50,839 nt of DNA from NCBI GenBank assembly GCA_046536595.1, contig JAWDMM010000005.1, forward strand, positions 1 through 50,839, in the 5' to 3' direction. The stretch is from Nitrososphaeria archaeon. Lineage in GTDB: Archaea; Thermoproteota; Nitrososphaeria; Conexivisphaerales; UBA164. Shown piece by piece: positions 19,326 through 28,957 of the stretch (position 1 is the stretch's first letter; every line of letters begins with the position of its first letter). The notes under the pieces are model-generated. The model made no database searches. It saw only the letters and a program-made list of their open reading frames with translations, and was not told the origin of the DNA. Position numbers and translations under genes: made by a program.

Positions 19326-20885
19326 TATAGCAGTTATTTTACCTATGCCTCTAGCTTTACCTTCTCTGAAAACAAAAGTGTCCCCTTCATTTATAACGAT
19401 GGGTCTATACTTTAGCTGAAAAACTACACTTCCAAATTCACCTGTTTTGAGAAACGGAGGTTGCGAACTTATTATTTTAGCCACCTCCTTTATAGTATTT
19501 AACTGTATAACTGGCTCGTACCCTATTTTAATCAATGTTGGGTGATGCAAAACTCTTATGTCAGCCTTAAACCTCCAGACAGCTTTTACTGATCTTAGAT
19601 CGCTAGTGAGTATCATTCCGCTTTTAATTTCTTCCGGCGAAATCCGGTTTAGAGCTATAGTAACATACTCCCCAGCATAAGCCGAATTAACAGGTACGCG
19701 GTTTTTATAGATAGAAGACGTGTTTATTTTTTTAAATGAACCATCAGCCATAGGTCCTATAAATAGTTCTTCGTTTTCTTTTAAGATACCTGTGTTTATC
19801 AATCCGCTTATAACGGTTCCTACACCAGCAACTCTAAATATATCGTCTATATAAAGCATGAAATTTTCGCTTCTTCTTTCTTCCCAGTTTATTCTTTTTG
19901 GTAAGAAGTTCATGAACTTTTTTAAAAGATCAAGTCCTTCCCCGGTTTTGTTAGATACTATAAATATAGGAACTATCCTTCCGTTAGCTATATTTTTAGA
20001 CGCTACAATTAAATCAGATTCATCTTTTATCATAAAGGGTATCTTATCAATTCCTGGCATCTTCAGCATCTTTATGACTTCGTTTACGCTCATTTCCGCT
20101 ACCGGCTTTGGAGCCATATCAACTTTTGTAAACACTATTATGATCGGGATTTTTAGAGCTACAGAAATTCCAAGATGTTCTTTAAAAGTACCAATTGGCC
20201 CGCTACTTAAAGAAACAACTAACATATTATAATCTGGCAGATTACCCATTATTCCTTTAAGAGTAGTTTTAAAGTATTTTTCATGCCCAGCTAGATCAAT
20301 GAGATATATGATTTTGTTGCTCTTTAGATAAATTTCTGATTCATTATAGTTCTGCAGTATGTCGTTTACAAGCCTTCCTTCTGAATCATAACCAATAATA
20401 TGAACAGATACAGAAGAAGTTCTTCTCATCTTTATTTCATGTAAATATCTTGCAACCAGTGACATAGCATATCCGTTACCATTATCCAGCGTTGAGAAAG
20501 TTAGAACCCCTTTTAAAGTTGATTTGCCAGCATCCGCGTTTCCCAAAAGAGCCACAGAAACTTCTACTGGGGGATAATTTCTTATTCTTCTAACGTAGAC
20601 TTCTGCTATTGCTCCTTTTTCGCCCATGACTGTTCTGATTATTTGCATGCTAGCTCCTGCTTTTTGAGCGATTATCTTTAGGTTATTTAAAGAATTACTT
20701 AGCTCTTGATCAGAAAGACCCACAGGTTGGCCATCGTCAGAAAGGCCAACAATATAAAAGGCTTCACCGTGTCCTTCATTTAACCTGTAAAGCATTTGTG
20801 CAGCCAGCCTTTCAGCTTTTTCTTCTGTTAGTCTCTCAAGTAGAAGTTTGTACTCAATGTTTCCTTCGTCACTTTCTTTATCCAT
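19317..20885 (-). CDS. GTPBP1/2-like translational GTPase
   Basis: EGNIEYK, GNADAGKSTL, DLAGHEKY, TKVD, FREG...GIG. Confidence 0.92.
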   Translation of the reverse strand: MDKESDEGNIEYKLLLERLTEEKAERLAAQMLYRLNEGHGEAFYIVGLSDDGQPVGLSDQELSNSLNNLKIIAQKAGASMQIIRTVMGEKGAIAEVYVRRIRNYPPVEVSVALLGNADAGKSTLKGVLTFSTLDNGNGYAMSLVARYLHEIKMRRTSSVSVHIIGYDSEGRLVNDILQNYNESEIYLKSNKIIYLIDLAGHEKYFKTTLKGIMGNLPDYNMLVVSLSSGPIGTFKEHLGISVALKIPIIIVFTKVDMAPKPVAEMSVNEVIKMLKMPGIDKIPFMIKDESDLIVASKNIANGRIVPIFIVSNKTGEGLDLLKKFMNFLPKRINWEERRSENFMLYIDDIFRVAGVGTVISGLINTGILKENEELFIGPMADGSFKKINTSSIYKNRVPVNSAYAGEYVTIALNRISPEEIKSGMILTSDLRSVKAVWRFKADIRVLHHPTLIKIGYEPVIQLNTIKEVAKIISSQPPFLKTGEFGSVVFQLKYRPIVINEGDTFVFREGKARGIGKITAILN

Positions 20886-20888
20886 TTT

Positions 20889-21401
20889 TTAATACGTTGT
20901 ATTTTTATATAAATCCTTTAGTATTAAGGATTTTCTCCAACTTTCTTCAGCATATTTTCTTTGCTGTGGTTTTATTTCACCAACTACTTTAGCAGGGTTG
21001 CCCATGACCATGCTGTTTTCTGGTATAATCATATACTGAGGGACAAGACTCCCTGCTGCAATAAAGCTTCCTCTTCCTACGCGTGCATTTTCAAGTATGA
21101 TAGAACCTGCGCCTATGACACTTCCTTCTTCTATTATTACTCCTTCCAGTATTGAACCTTTACCTATTGTTACTTTTTTGCCTATAATGCAGGCGCTTTC
21201 GTCTGGTTTTATCAGAACACCATCAAGAACGTTGCTGTATTCGCCAAGTTCTATCGTATTAGAATCGCCCCTTAAAACAGAATAAAACCATACGCTGGCG
21301 TTTTCTTTTATCCTTACGTCGCCTATTATCAAAGCTGTGCTAGAAACATAACTAGAAGAATGAATAAAAGGTTTTTTCCCTTCAAATTCTAGAACAGTCA
21401 T
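20889..21401 (-). CDS. Gamma-carbonic-anhydrase-like hexapeptide-repeat protein, His ligands absent
   Basis: IGDV.I...SVW...LRGD, GNPAK. Confidence 0.85.
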   Translation of the reverse strand: MTVLEFEGKKPFIHSSSYVSSTALIIGDVRIKENASVWFYSVLRGDSNTIELGEYSNVLDGVLIKPDESACIIGKKVTIGKGSILEGVIIEEGSVIGAGSIILENARVGRGSFIAAGSLVPQYMIIPENSMVMGNPAKVVGEIKPQQRKYAEESWRKSLILKDLYKNTTY

Positions 21402-21468
21402 AGATATTATTTATTAACTGGCATTAAATTAACATATCCAAAAATACTATAATTTTGGGGGAAACGCT

Positions 21469-22245
21469 TTGTTAGATGATGACGTCATTCAAAAACTCAT
21501 TGGTAAATTCCAAGACAAAACCATAATTTATACAGGATGTAACGCTAAAAAAATCAATTACAGTTTTTGTTATAATGATGTTGTTATTTTTCCTTCTGAT
21601 TTATCTCCAACAATTTTTGATGATAAAAACAAAGTTATAATTTATGGATTAAAGGAAGAAAAATCATTATTCAAAGAGGAAGCCATTCCACTTTATGACC
21701 CTAATTTTAAATATAGCTTGGTGATAGCAGAAAACAAATCAATTCTAATTAAAAAAATTTTAAAAAGCTCATTGAAGAAATCAATAAGACTTTTATCAGA
21801 GTTTTCTTCTTTAGGTTCTGTATCTTTTTACGCCTCTGTGGCAAGACTGATTGAACCGGCAGTGATAATTACAGGTACAAGTTTAAGCCCATCACATATT
21901 TTTAACCAGGTCGTCAAAGAAAATTCTGAAATATTAAAAGAGATTTTTGAGACCCTGCAGATTGACTCAAACATAGGTTCTATTTTAAGAAAAAGAGCTG
22001 AAACATTAGCTTTTCTTATGGATAAAAACCGTTCTAAAATTTTTTTAATGAAAATTCATCAGCTTATGGATAATAAAAGAGAATTAGAAGCTAGTGTGTA
22101 TTTTTTTCACGAGCTTTCAAAATTGGAAGAAAAAGGGCTCAAAGCATTTTCGAAGGATTTTAAGTTTGGAGAAATACCCGATAAAAAGAAAAATGAAGCA
22201 GTTGAGTTAATTAAAAAGTTAACACAAAAGTTAAACGATTTCTAG
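21469..22245 (+). CDS. Hypothetical protein (possibly degenerate nucleotidyltransferase-like)
   Basis: 258-aa ORF; TGC...C..DVVIF and SPSH motifs recalled from Nitrososphaeria hypothetical proteins. Confidence 0.5.
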   Translation: MLDDDVIQKLIGKFQDKTIIYTGCNAKKINYSFCYNDVVIFPSDLSPTIFDDKNKVIIYGLKEEKSLFKEEAIPLYDPNFKYSLVIAENKSILIKKILKSSLKKSIRLLSEFSSLGSVSFYASVARLIEPAVIITGTSLSPSHIFNQVVKENSEILKEIFETLQIDSNIGSILRKRAETLAFLMDKNRSKIFLMKIHQLMDNKRELEASVYFFHELSKLEEKGLKAFSKDFKFGEIPDKKKNEAVELIKKLTQKLNDF

Positions 22246-23565
22246 TTTTTCTCTAAGCAAGCTTCCTCCTTCTTCTTCGTAAAGGCTTTCTAATTCCTGT
22301 CTTTTACGTGCAAGGTAATATTTTCCTTCAGATGTTCTGTATACTATTGCTGGCTTTACCTGACTGTGAAACGGCATGTTAAAAACAACAGAATAAGCGC
22401 CAACGTTCTTTATCATTATAAGCTTACCAGTTTCAGCTCCATCAAGCCTAGATTCTGGGCCAACCTGAAAAACATCCATAGAATCGCACAGTCTGCCAGC
22501 CACTATAGGTTTTTCTTCATTAGTTTCATTACCCCCAACTACTTCCAACGGATAAACCTGCTGAAGCAAAGCAATGTCCAGCAAATAGTGATAACCGGCG
22601 TCTAAATATATTATTTTTTTATTTCCATAATATTTAGAATTAACTATTTTTGAAACCATAACTGTCGACTCTGCGACTACATATCTACCAGATTCAACAA
22701 CTAAAGCAAAAAAGTCACCGTTGACGTCAACCAGTTCATTTATTTTATCTATAACTGTTTTAACTATGTCATCTGGGGAAGGAACTTTTACTCCATAATT
22801 TACCGGCGTTCCTCCACCTATGTCTAGAAAATTAATCTTAAATTCTCTTTCTTTTTTAACCTTTAATATAAGCTGTTTGATCTTTTCCAGTGCTTGCAGA
22901 TAAGCGTTAGGATCTTCAAGCTGGGAACCCAGATGAAAATGGAATCCCCCAAACTTAACGTTTGGTTCATCCAGCAATATTTTTACCATTTTATATGCTG
23001 ATTCTGGGTTGGTTCCGTTAAGGGGGACCCCAAATTTGCTTACTTTCATAGCTGATCTTACCTCAGCTCTTACTTGAACCTCAGGGTTCACCCTTATGCT
23101 TATTTCAGGTGTTATGTTGAGCATTTTTCCAGCTTCGATTGCGTTGTACAGTCCTCTCATAGAACTTACAACAATTTTTCTGATTCCTTTAGACATGACG
23201 TTTCTGTATTCTTCTTCCATTTCAGTAACACTGGTGTAAATGACATTTTCCGGTTTTCCACCTGATTTTAAAAGAAAGTAAAGTTCTTCCGGGGAAGTTA
23301 CGTCAAAATAGCTGTCCAACTTGCTAAGGTAATTTAAAATAAAAGGATTAAAGTTTGCTTTAACCGAATAAGCTATTAACGAAGGGCCTCTATAAATAGA
23401 ATACGCTTGTTTTAACTTACTATAGTTTTTACCTATTTTTTGTTCATCAGTAAGATAATAAGGGGTTCCAACTTTTTCTGCAAGATAGTTTAAAAGTTGT
23501 TCATCATAAGTAGATTGTGTAAACGCTGTTTTCTCTTCTTTATAAAGAAGACTGATTTTTTCCAT
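22231..23565 (-). CDS. Diaminopimelate/ornithine decarboxylase family (PLP fold III)
   Basis: YSVKAN, SKFG, HFHLGSQ, DIGGG, ESGRY, GRLCDSMD, VGAY. Confidence 0.88.
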   Translation of the reverse strand: MEKISLLYKEEKTAFTQSTYDEQLLNYLAEKVGTPYYLTDEQKIGKNYSKLKQAYSIYRGPSLIAYSVKANFNPFILNYLSKLDSYFDVTSPEELYFLLKSGGKPENVIYTSVTEMEEEYRNVMSKGIRKIVVSSMRGLYNAIEAGKMLNITPEISIRVNPEVQVRAEVRSAMKVSKFGVPLNGTNPESAYKMVKILLDEPNVKFGGFHFHLGSQLEDPNAYLQALEKIKQLILKVKKEREFKINFLDIGGGTPVNYGVKVPSPDDIVKTVIDKINELVDVNGDFFALVVESGRYVVAESTVMVSKIVNSKYYGNKKIIYLDAGYHYLLDIALLQQVYPLEVVGGNETNEEKPIVAGRLCDSMDVFQVGPESRLDGAETGKLIMIKNVGAYSVVFNMPFHSQVKPAIVYRTSEGKYYLARKRQELESLYEEEGGSLLREKLEIV

Positions 23566-23687
23566 TTTATTATTTGTATTATCCTTTCCATTATCCCTTT
23601 TTAAACTTATCTGTATAAAATTTCAATCATTTGACAAAATTAAATTTTACAAGTTAAAAATAGTAAACAAAAATAAAAAGGTGTTTT

Positions 23688-24026
23688 CTAGCTTGCAGCA
23701 GAAACTGGCACGTAAATATACCTACCGCTTATACCACCTACTATTTTGAGGTACCCTTTTTCTCTGAGTTGTTCGAGGAAATCTTTTGCCACGCTAACTT
23801 TGACACCTGTTGATTTTGAAAGTTGATAAGGGGTTATAAACGGCATATCTTTGATTATTCTCATAACATCGCTATCGCTTAAAGTCATTATAAATTCTGA
23901 TTTAGACTTGTTTCTTTCTTCCGCTTTATCTTTTTTCTTTTTCTCTAATAGTCCCTGTTTCCTAAGCTCTTCTCTCATCTGTTCTTTTTCTATAGCCGCA
24001 AGCGTCTTTTTCTTATTCCCTCCCAT
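23688..24026 (-). CDS. rps25e: 30S ribosomal protein S25e
   Basis: MGGNKKKT, ITPY.L....VKVSVAK..L. Confidence 0.92.
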   Translation of the reverse strand: MGGNKKKTLAAIEKEQMREELRKQGLLEKKKKDKAEERNKSKSEFIMTLSDSDVMRIIKDMPFITPYQLSKSTGVKVSVAKDFLEQLREKGYLKIVGGISGRYIYVPVSAAS

Positions 24027-24101
24027 ATATTTATTTCACTTTAATCGTATTAAAAACTTTTTCGAAATATCTTTTGATCTTTTAAATAAGCACTTGAAGA
24101 A

Positions 24102-25331
24102 CTATTCTTTTTGTTGTAAAAGTGATGGTGAAACTTTTGCCCAACCTGTGACTGTAATGATGTTAGTTGCAATAATTATTAACGATGCAATAGTAACTAT
24201 GTAATGCGCCATAGGCAGAGAGTAATACAAAGCCAAAGATGCTAGAACTGCTGGCGTTAATCCCTGAGCCATCATAACGTAATACGCTTTTTCGTACTTT
24301 TTATTCTTTGTAGAAAGCTTAACTGCTATATATCTAGAGCTGAGCAAGATTACCAGCAAAATTCCTAGATAAACGTAAGTTAAGAGCGAAAACAGCTTAT
24401 CAATAAAAAACACAAGTCCTATAAAAAAGAAGAAGTATGTTCTTAAAAAGAACGTGATTTCTTTTTGAAACATTTTTATATAGTTTACTTGAAGATCTAA
24501 AATTTGTTCATTTGCATTTGCCCTAAAAAAGTTAAGAAACCTTTTGTTGTTCATCAGCACTATGCCAAAGGTTAATACTCCTAGGATAGCGCTACCGTTT
24601 ATAAAAGACAGAAAAGCATATAGCGCAAGCGTATAGCCAATTGTTGCTATATAAAAGAATTCTTCCGTCCAGAAATGTCTTGCAAACTCTATCCATACAA
24701 TGGCTGCGACGAACCCAATAACGATGCCTATACTAATCTGAGAAACTAAGGAACTTATTATGTTTTCAAAACCGTTTATGCTAAAAGGTATAGATTGCAA
24801 AAAAGAGTTTAAGCCAAATGTAAACAGAACGATTAAAATCACGCTGTTAAGGCTAGATTCAAGGGTGATGTTTGTGAAAAAATCTTCCGCTTTAAGGCTT
24901 TTTGCCAAATACGGCACGACGGCCGTTGTAGTCTCACCGCCTATTACTGTTGAAAGGAAAAATGAAGAATAATTACTCCAGCCAAATAAATATTTGAAGA
25001 TGATGAAAGTCAGCAATATAGAGAGAGATACATAGATCAACGTTCTAGTAGCGGCGCTTCCACCTTCCTTTAAAAGATCGTCAATCATGAAACTCATTCC
25101 AAGTTCGAGCATTATCATGGCTAAAGTAAGCTGAGATAAGTAAGGAAGTATTTTTACGATTATTGAATATGGGAAAATTCCAAAGATAGGTCCAAAGAGA
25201 ATACCTATAAGTATAAGGAAAATATACTCTGAGAAACCTGTTTTTCTGAAAAACATTTCACCAAAGAAACCTATGAATATTAAACCAGCGGTTATAAAAA
25301 AGATTGAAATATACGAAAGTGCATAACTCAT
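24102..25331 (-). CDS. Cation:proton antiporter (CPA1/NhaP-like)
   Basis: Multi-TM; LESSLNS, EITFFLRTYFFFFIG, AQGLTPAVLA. Confidence 0.85.
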   Translation of the reverse strand: MSYALSYISIFFITAGLIFIGFFGEMFFRKTGFSEYIFLILIGILFGPIFGIFPYSIIVKILPYLSQLTLAMIMLELGMSFMIDDLLKEGGSAATRTLIYVSLSILLTFIIFKYLFGWSNYSSFFLSTVIGGETTTAVVPYLAKSLKAEDFFTNITLESSLNSVILIVLFTFGLNSFLQSIPFSINGFENIISSLVSQISIGIVIGFVAAIVWIEFARHFWTEEFFYIATIGYTLALYAFLSFINGSAILGVLTFGIVLMNNKRFLNFFRANANEQILDLQVNYIKMFQKEITFFLRTYFFFFIGLVFFIDKLFSLLTYVYLGILLVILLSSRYIAVKLSTKNKKYEKAYYVMMAQGLTPAVLASLALYYSLPMAHYIVTIASLIIIATNIITVTGWAKVSPSLLQQKE

Positions 25332-25371
25332 ACGATTAGTTTTTAAAAGTATTAGTATTTAAAATTTACAG

Positions 25372-26493
25372 ATGTCATCTAACTTAGAGGAAGATCTTAT
25401 AAAGAATTATAATGCGTGCGATAGATGTTTAAAACGATTTGTAAAGAAACCTGAGAAAACGCTTTTAAAAGAATCTGAGAAAAACAGAAAGAAATGCAAG
25501 CTTTGTGAAGGGCTGCTTAACGATGTTAGAATACAGAAATCTGTTTTTATGAAAATCAGCGCATATAAATGCAGAACTTTTAAGGTAGGAGTCAGCTTAC
25601 CACAATCTTTGGAGAAACTTGAGAACGACATTGTTCTAAAATATGATATTGTAGATTATGTTACTCTTAGAAAAGCAGTTAAAGATAGGATCTCAAACTA
25701 TCTAAAAAGAAAATTAGGCCTAAAAATAACCAATTCGCCGGATTTAAGTATAATCGTAGAAATAGGGAAACATAAAAATATGGTTTATGTTAATGAGAAA
25801 AGAGCAATTTACAGAATAAATTTTATCAAAAAGAGAGGGGCTAAAGTTTTTGCTGAAAAATGTGAAGAGTGTAACGGAAATGGCTGTGAAGCGTGCAGGT
25901 GGACGGGGAAGAAAAAAGATGGATCTTTCGAATCTTATCTTATATATGATTTACCCCAGAAGCTTAAGGCTTCACAGCCAAAAATTATATGGCCTATAAA
26001 AGACATGCCAGAATTAGAATTTTCTGGCAATGGGTTTCCACTTTATATGATATTTAAGAGCATAAAAGAAAGATCAAGCGCACCTTTAATTATCAGCTTT
26101 GATATAAACAAAGAAGTTAAAATAGTAAGCTTTTATGAAATTAAAGGGCATTTGGGTTTAAACAAGCCATTTTTACTTGAGGGAGATTTATGTATAAGAT
26201 CTAGAACAGGATGCGGTGCAGCTAAAATTGAAAAACTATACAAACTTGAAAGGATAAATATTGTAGGTAAAAAAACGCCAAAAATATGGGTAAAAAATGT
26301 AAAAATAAGGAGAGTTTTTAAAAAGGACGATTATTGTTGCATTGATGGAGAGTTTGAAAGTGGAATAAACTTTTACAATCTCTTAGGCATCAGAGAAGGT
26401 ATAAACGACAAATATATACTTAATAAGCCTTTTGAAAAAGATGAAATAGTAGCTTTTTTTCTGGATTTAAGGCGTGTAAATCTGCCTGATTAA
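25372..26493 (+). CDS. Pus10-like protein with degenerate active site
   Basis: CDRC..R, CKLC, TFKVG THUMP-like region, CEECNGNGCEAC, SFESY; catalytic motifs diverged. Confidence 0.7.
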   Translation: MSSNLEEDLIKNYNACDRCLKRFVKKPEKTLLKESEKNRKKCKLCEGLLNDVRIQKSVFMKISAYKCRTFKVGVSLPQSLEKLENDIVLKYDIVDYVTLRKAVKDRISNYLKRKLGLKITNSPDLSIIVEIGKHKNMVYVNEKRAIYRINFIKKRGAKVFAEKCEECNGNGCEACRWTGKKKDGSFESYLIYDLPQKLKASQPKIIWPIKDMPELEFSGNGFPLYMIFKSIKERSSAPLIISFDINKEVKIVSFYEIKGHLGLNKPFLLEGDLCIRSRTGCGAAKIEKLYKLERINIVGKKTPKIWVKNVKIRRVFKKDDYCCIDGEFESGINFYNLLGIREGINDKYILNKPFEKDEIVAFFLDLRRVNLPD

Positions 26494-27297
26494 AGTGTTT
26501 AACTGTCCTAAACATATGAACATCGCTTCTTCTGTTCTCACAGTTTTAACCTTTTGTCCTTCTATCATGTTAAGCCAAAAACCTGTGTTTTTATATTTGT
26601 CTTCTAGCATTTCTTCTAAGCCTCTTTTTGGAGAACCGAAAAATATTTCGAACCTTCTTTTATCTTTAAATTCTTTTTTCAAGTTTTCCCACTCGCGTGA
26701 AATAGGTTTTCCCTCTCTAGAGGTAAAAATTACAGATCCGTTAGATTGAAATGCTTTATCTAATGCTTGCTTTATGTTAAACAGCTTTATTATTTCGAAA
26801 CCAGAGTACTCTGGAAAAGGGTGTTTTATTGCATAAATCTTTCCCTTCTCCTTGTAAAGCTTTATGGATATTATTTTTCCTTTTTCAATGTTCTCTTTAG
26901 ATTTTAGTTCTACTGGTTCTTCTAATCCAGTTTCTACGTAAAACTTATCACCCTTTGTAATTACTAAACCAAACCTCAGTTCTTCGTTCTTCGTAGTAAC
27001 ATGGCTAGGAATGTTAAGCGGCGGTAACATGCCTACGTACTTAAAGTCTTCTTTTAACGGCATAGCGAATTTTCTAAGGTACGGTGGCGTTAATACATAT
27101 CTAAGTAATGAATAAAACAGCTCTAAATCTTCATGTTTGCCATGAACATCATCATGATATATGTTGAGCTCCTCTACACCAAAAATTGCTGCGGCTCGAG
27201 CAACAAGTCCTGCTTTTTCTGTCTTACTCATGAGGCCAGTTCTTTCGCTAAGCACCGAATCCGGCACGTAAACAGATAACCTGATTTTTTGCATCAA
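26467..27297 (-). CDS. SPOUT RNA methyltransferase (DUF171/MTH1 family)
   Basis: ARAAAIFGV, TPPYLRK, LPPLNIPSH, FGSPKRGL, TVRTEEA. Confidence 0.9.
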   Translation of the reverse strand: MMQKIRLSVYVPDSVLSERTGLMSKTEKAGLVARAAAIFGVEELNIYHDDVHGKHEDLELFYSLLRYVLTPPYLRKFAMPLKEDFKYVGMLPPLNIPSHVTTKNEELRFGLVITKGDKFYVETGLEEPVELKSKENIEKGKIISIKLYKEKGKIYAIKHPFPEYSGFEIIKLFNIKQALDKAFQSNGSVIFTSREGKPISREWENLKKEFKDKRRFEIFFGSPKRGLEEMLEDKYKNTGFWLNMIEGQKVKTVRTEEAMFICLGQLNTLIRQIYTP

Positions 27298-27378
27298 TTT
27301 AACGATACTTTCACCGTTTTAATTTTTAAGAACATGCTATAAAAAGATTTAAATTATAAATATTTTGATAAAAATAAA

Positions 27379-28626
27379 ATGGACGAGTTAATAGAAAAGG
27401 CTCTTTTAGCAAGAAAGGCCTGGTACGAGCTTTCTAGAGCCCCCGATAGTCTTCGAAGAAAAGCGCTAGAATCAATGTCCCAGGCTTTAGTTGAAAACAA
27501 AGAAAAGATAATCGAGGCTAACCTTTTAGATGTAAATAAATTTAAAGAAGAAAAACACGACGATCCGCTTTTAGACAGGCTTATCCTAAACGAAAAACGG
27601 TTAAAATCAGCGGCTGAAGGGTTGAAAAAGGTATCTCAATTACCAGACCCTATAGGTGAAGTTGTTGAAGGCTGGACTACTGTTCATGGCCTTAGAATTC
27701 AGAAAGTTCGTGTTCCTATCGGAGTAATAGGTGTGGTTTATGAATCTAGACCTAACGTTACTATAGATATATCAGGGCTAGCAATAAAGTCTGGAAACGC
27801 CGTCATTTTAAGAGGCGGATCTGAAGCGCTTAATACAAATAAAGCTATAGTCGATGTCTTAAGAGAAAGTATTAAAGACATTCTAGATCCAAACGTTATT
27901 CAGTTTATTGAGAATACTGATAGAAACATTGTTGATAGGATGCTTAAACTAAACGGCTATTTAGATCTTTTAATTCCAAGAGGTAGTGCTTCCTTTATCG
28001 ATTATGTTAGAAGAAACGCAACTGTACCAGTAATAGAAACTGGAGCAGGTAACAATCACATATTCGTTAATTATGATGCCGACCTTAGCATGGCAACCAA
28101 TATAATAATAAACGCAAAGGTACAGAGGCCCGCAGTTTGCAATGCCGTAAGGAAGGTACTAATACACAAAGATATAGCAGAGAAATACATTCCAATCTTA
28201 ATAAATGAACTAAAAAAATATGGCGTAACCATAAAGGGTGATGAAAAGGTTAGAGCTATAGCTCATGACGTTATCTTAGCAAAAGATGAAGATTGGGATG
28301 AAGAATACATGGATCTAACTCTGGCAATAAAAATAGTGAGTTCTGTAGAAGAAGCTGTAGAACACATAAACAAACATGGAACAAAACACTCTGAAGCTAT
28401 AATAACAAATAACCTGAATGATGCGCATTATTTTACATGGAACGTTGATGCGGCTTGCACATACGTAAATGCATCAATTAGATTTACAGATGGTGAACAG
28501 TTTGGATTTGGAGCAGAAGTTGGAATAAGCACTCAGAAACTTCATGCACGTGGCCCTATGGGAATTAAAGAGCTTACAACAACAAAGTACATTATATTTG
28601 GAGAGGGTCAAACGAGGGAAATTTAA
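27379..28626 (+). CDS. proA: Gamma-glutamyl phosphate reductase
   Basis: PIGVIGVVYESRPNVT, LRGGSEA, RPAVCNA, FGFGAEVGISTQKLHARGPMG. Confidence 0.96.
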   Translation: MDELIEKALLARKAWYELSRAPDSLRRKALESMSQALVENKEKIIEANLLDVNKFKEEKHDDPLLDRLILNEKRLKSAAEGLKKVSQLPDPIGEVVEGWTTVHGLRIQKVRVPIGVIGVVYESRPNVTIDISGLAIKSGNAVILRGGSEALNTNKAIVDVLRESIKDILDPNVIQFIENTDRNIVDRMLKLNGYLDLLIPRGSASFIDYVRRNATVPVIETGAGNNHIFVNYDADLSMATNIIINAKVQRPAVCNAVRKVLIHKDIAEKYIPILINELKKYGVTIKGDEKVRAIAHDVILAKDEDWDEEYMDLTLAIKIVSSVEEAVEHINKHGTKHSEAIITNNLNDAHYFTWNVDAACTYVNASIRFTDGEQFGFGAEVGISTQKLHARGPMGIKELTTTKYIIFGEGQTREI

Positions 28627-28627
28627 C

Positions 28628-28956
28628 CCCTTTTGGGGGTTAAGGGGACGGAAGTACCATTCTGTGAGCTTTAGATAGCCCCCTTATAGAAATGTTCTTT
28701 AAAGCCTCCAGCTAATGATCTTTACAGACATAAACTGCTCCGAAAGCCATGCAGAATTCCATCGGAGGAATCTGCGATGCCTCTGATAAATATAGCACTT
28801 CGACCAAGTGAAATCAGCAATGGGCTCTGCATGTGAAACGCAGGCTAGACGCCCGGGGATGATCGTGCCAATATGGTGGAATACCTTGCGAACATTTATC
28901 ATGTAAAAACGTGATAGTGAACCGGGAAGCCCCGTTTACAAAGGCGGATAGTTAAC
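28628..28956 (+). mobile_element. Non-coding IS200/IS605-like mini-element, copy C
   Basis: Fills almost the whole proA-glmS convergent gap; close relative of copy E; preceded by TTAAC, ends GTTAAC. Confidence 0.85.
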
Positions 28957-28957
28957 A

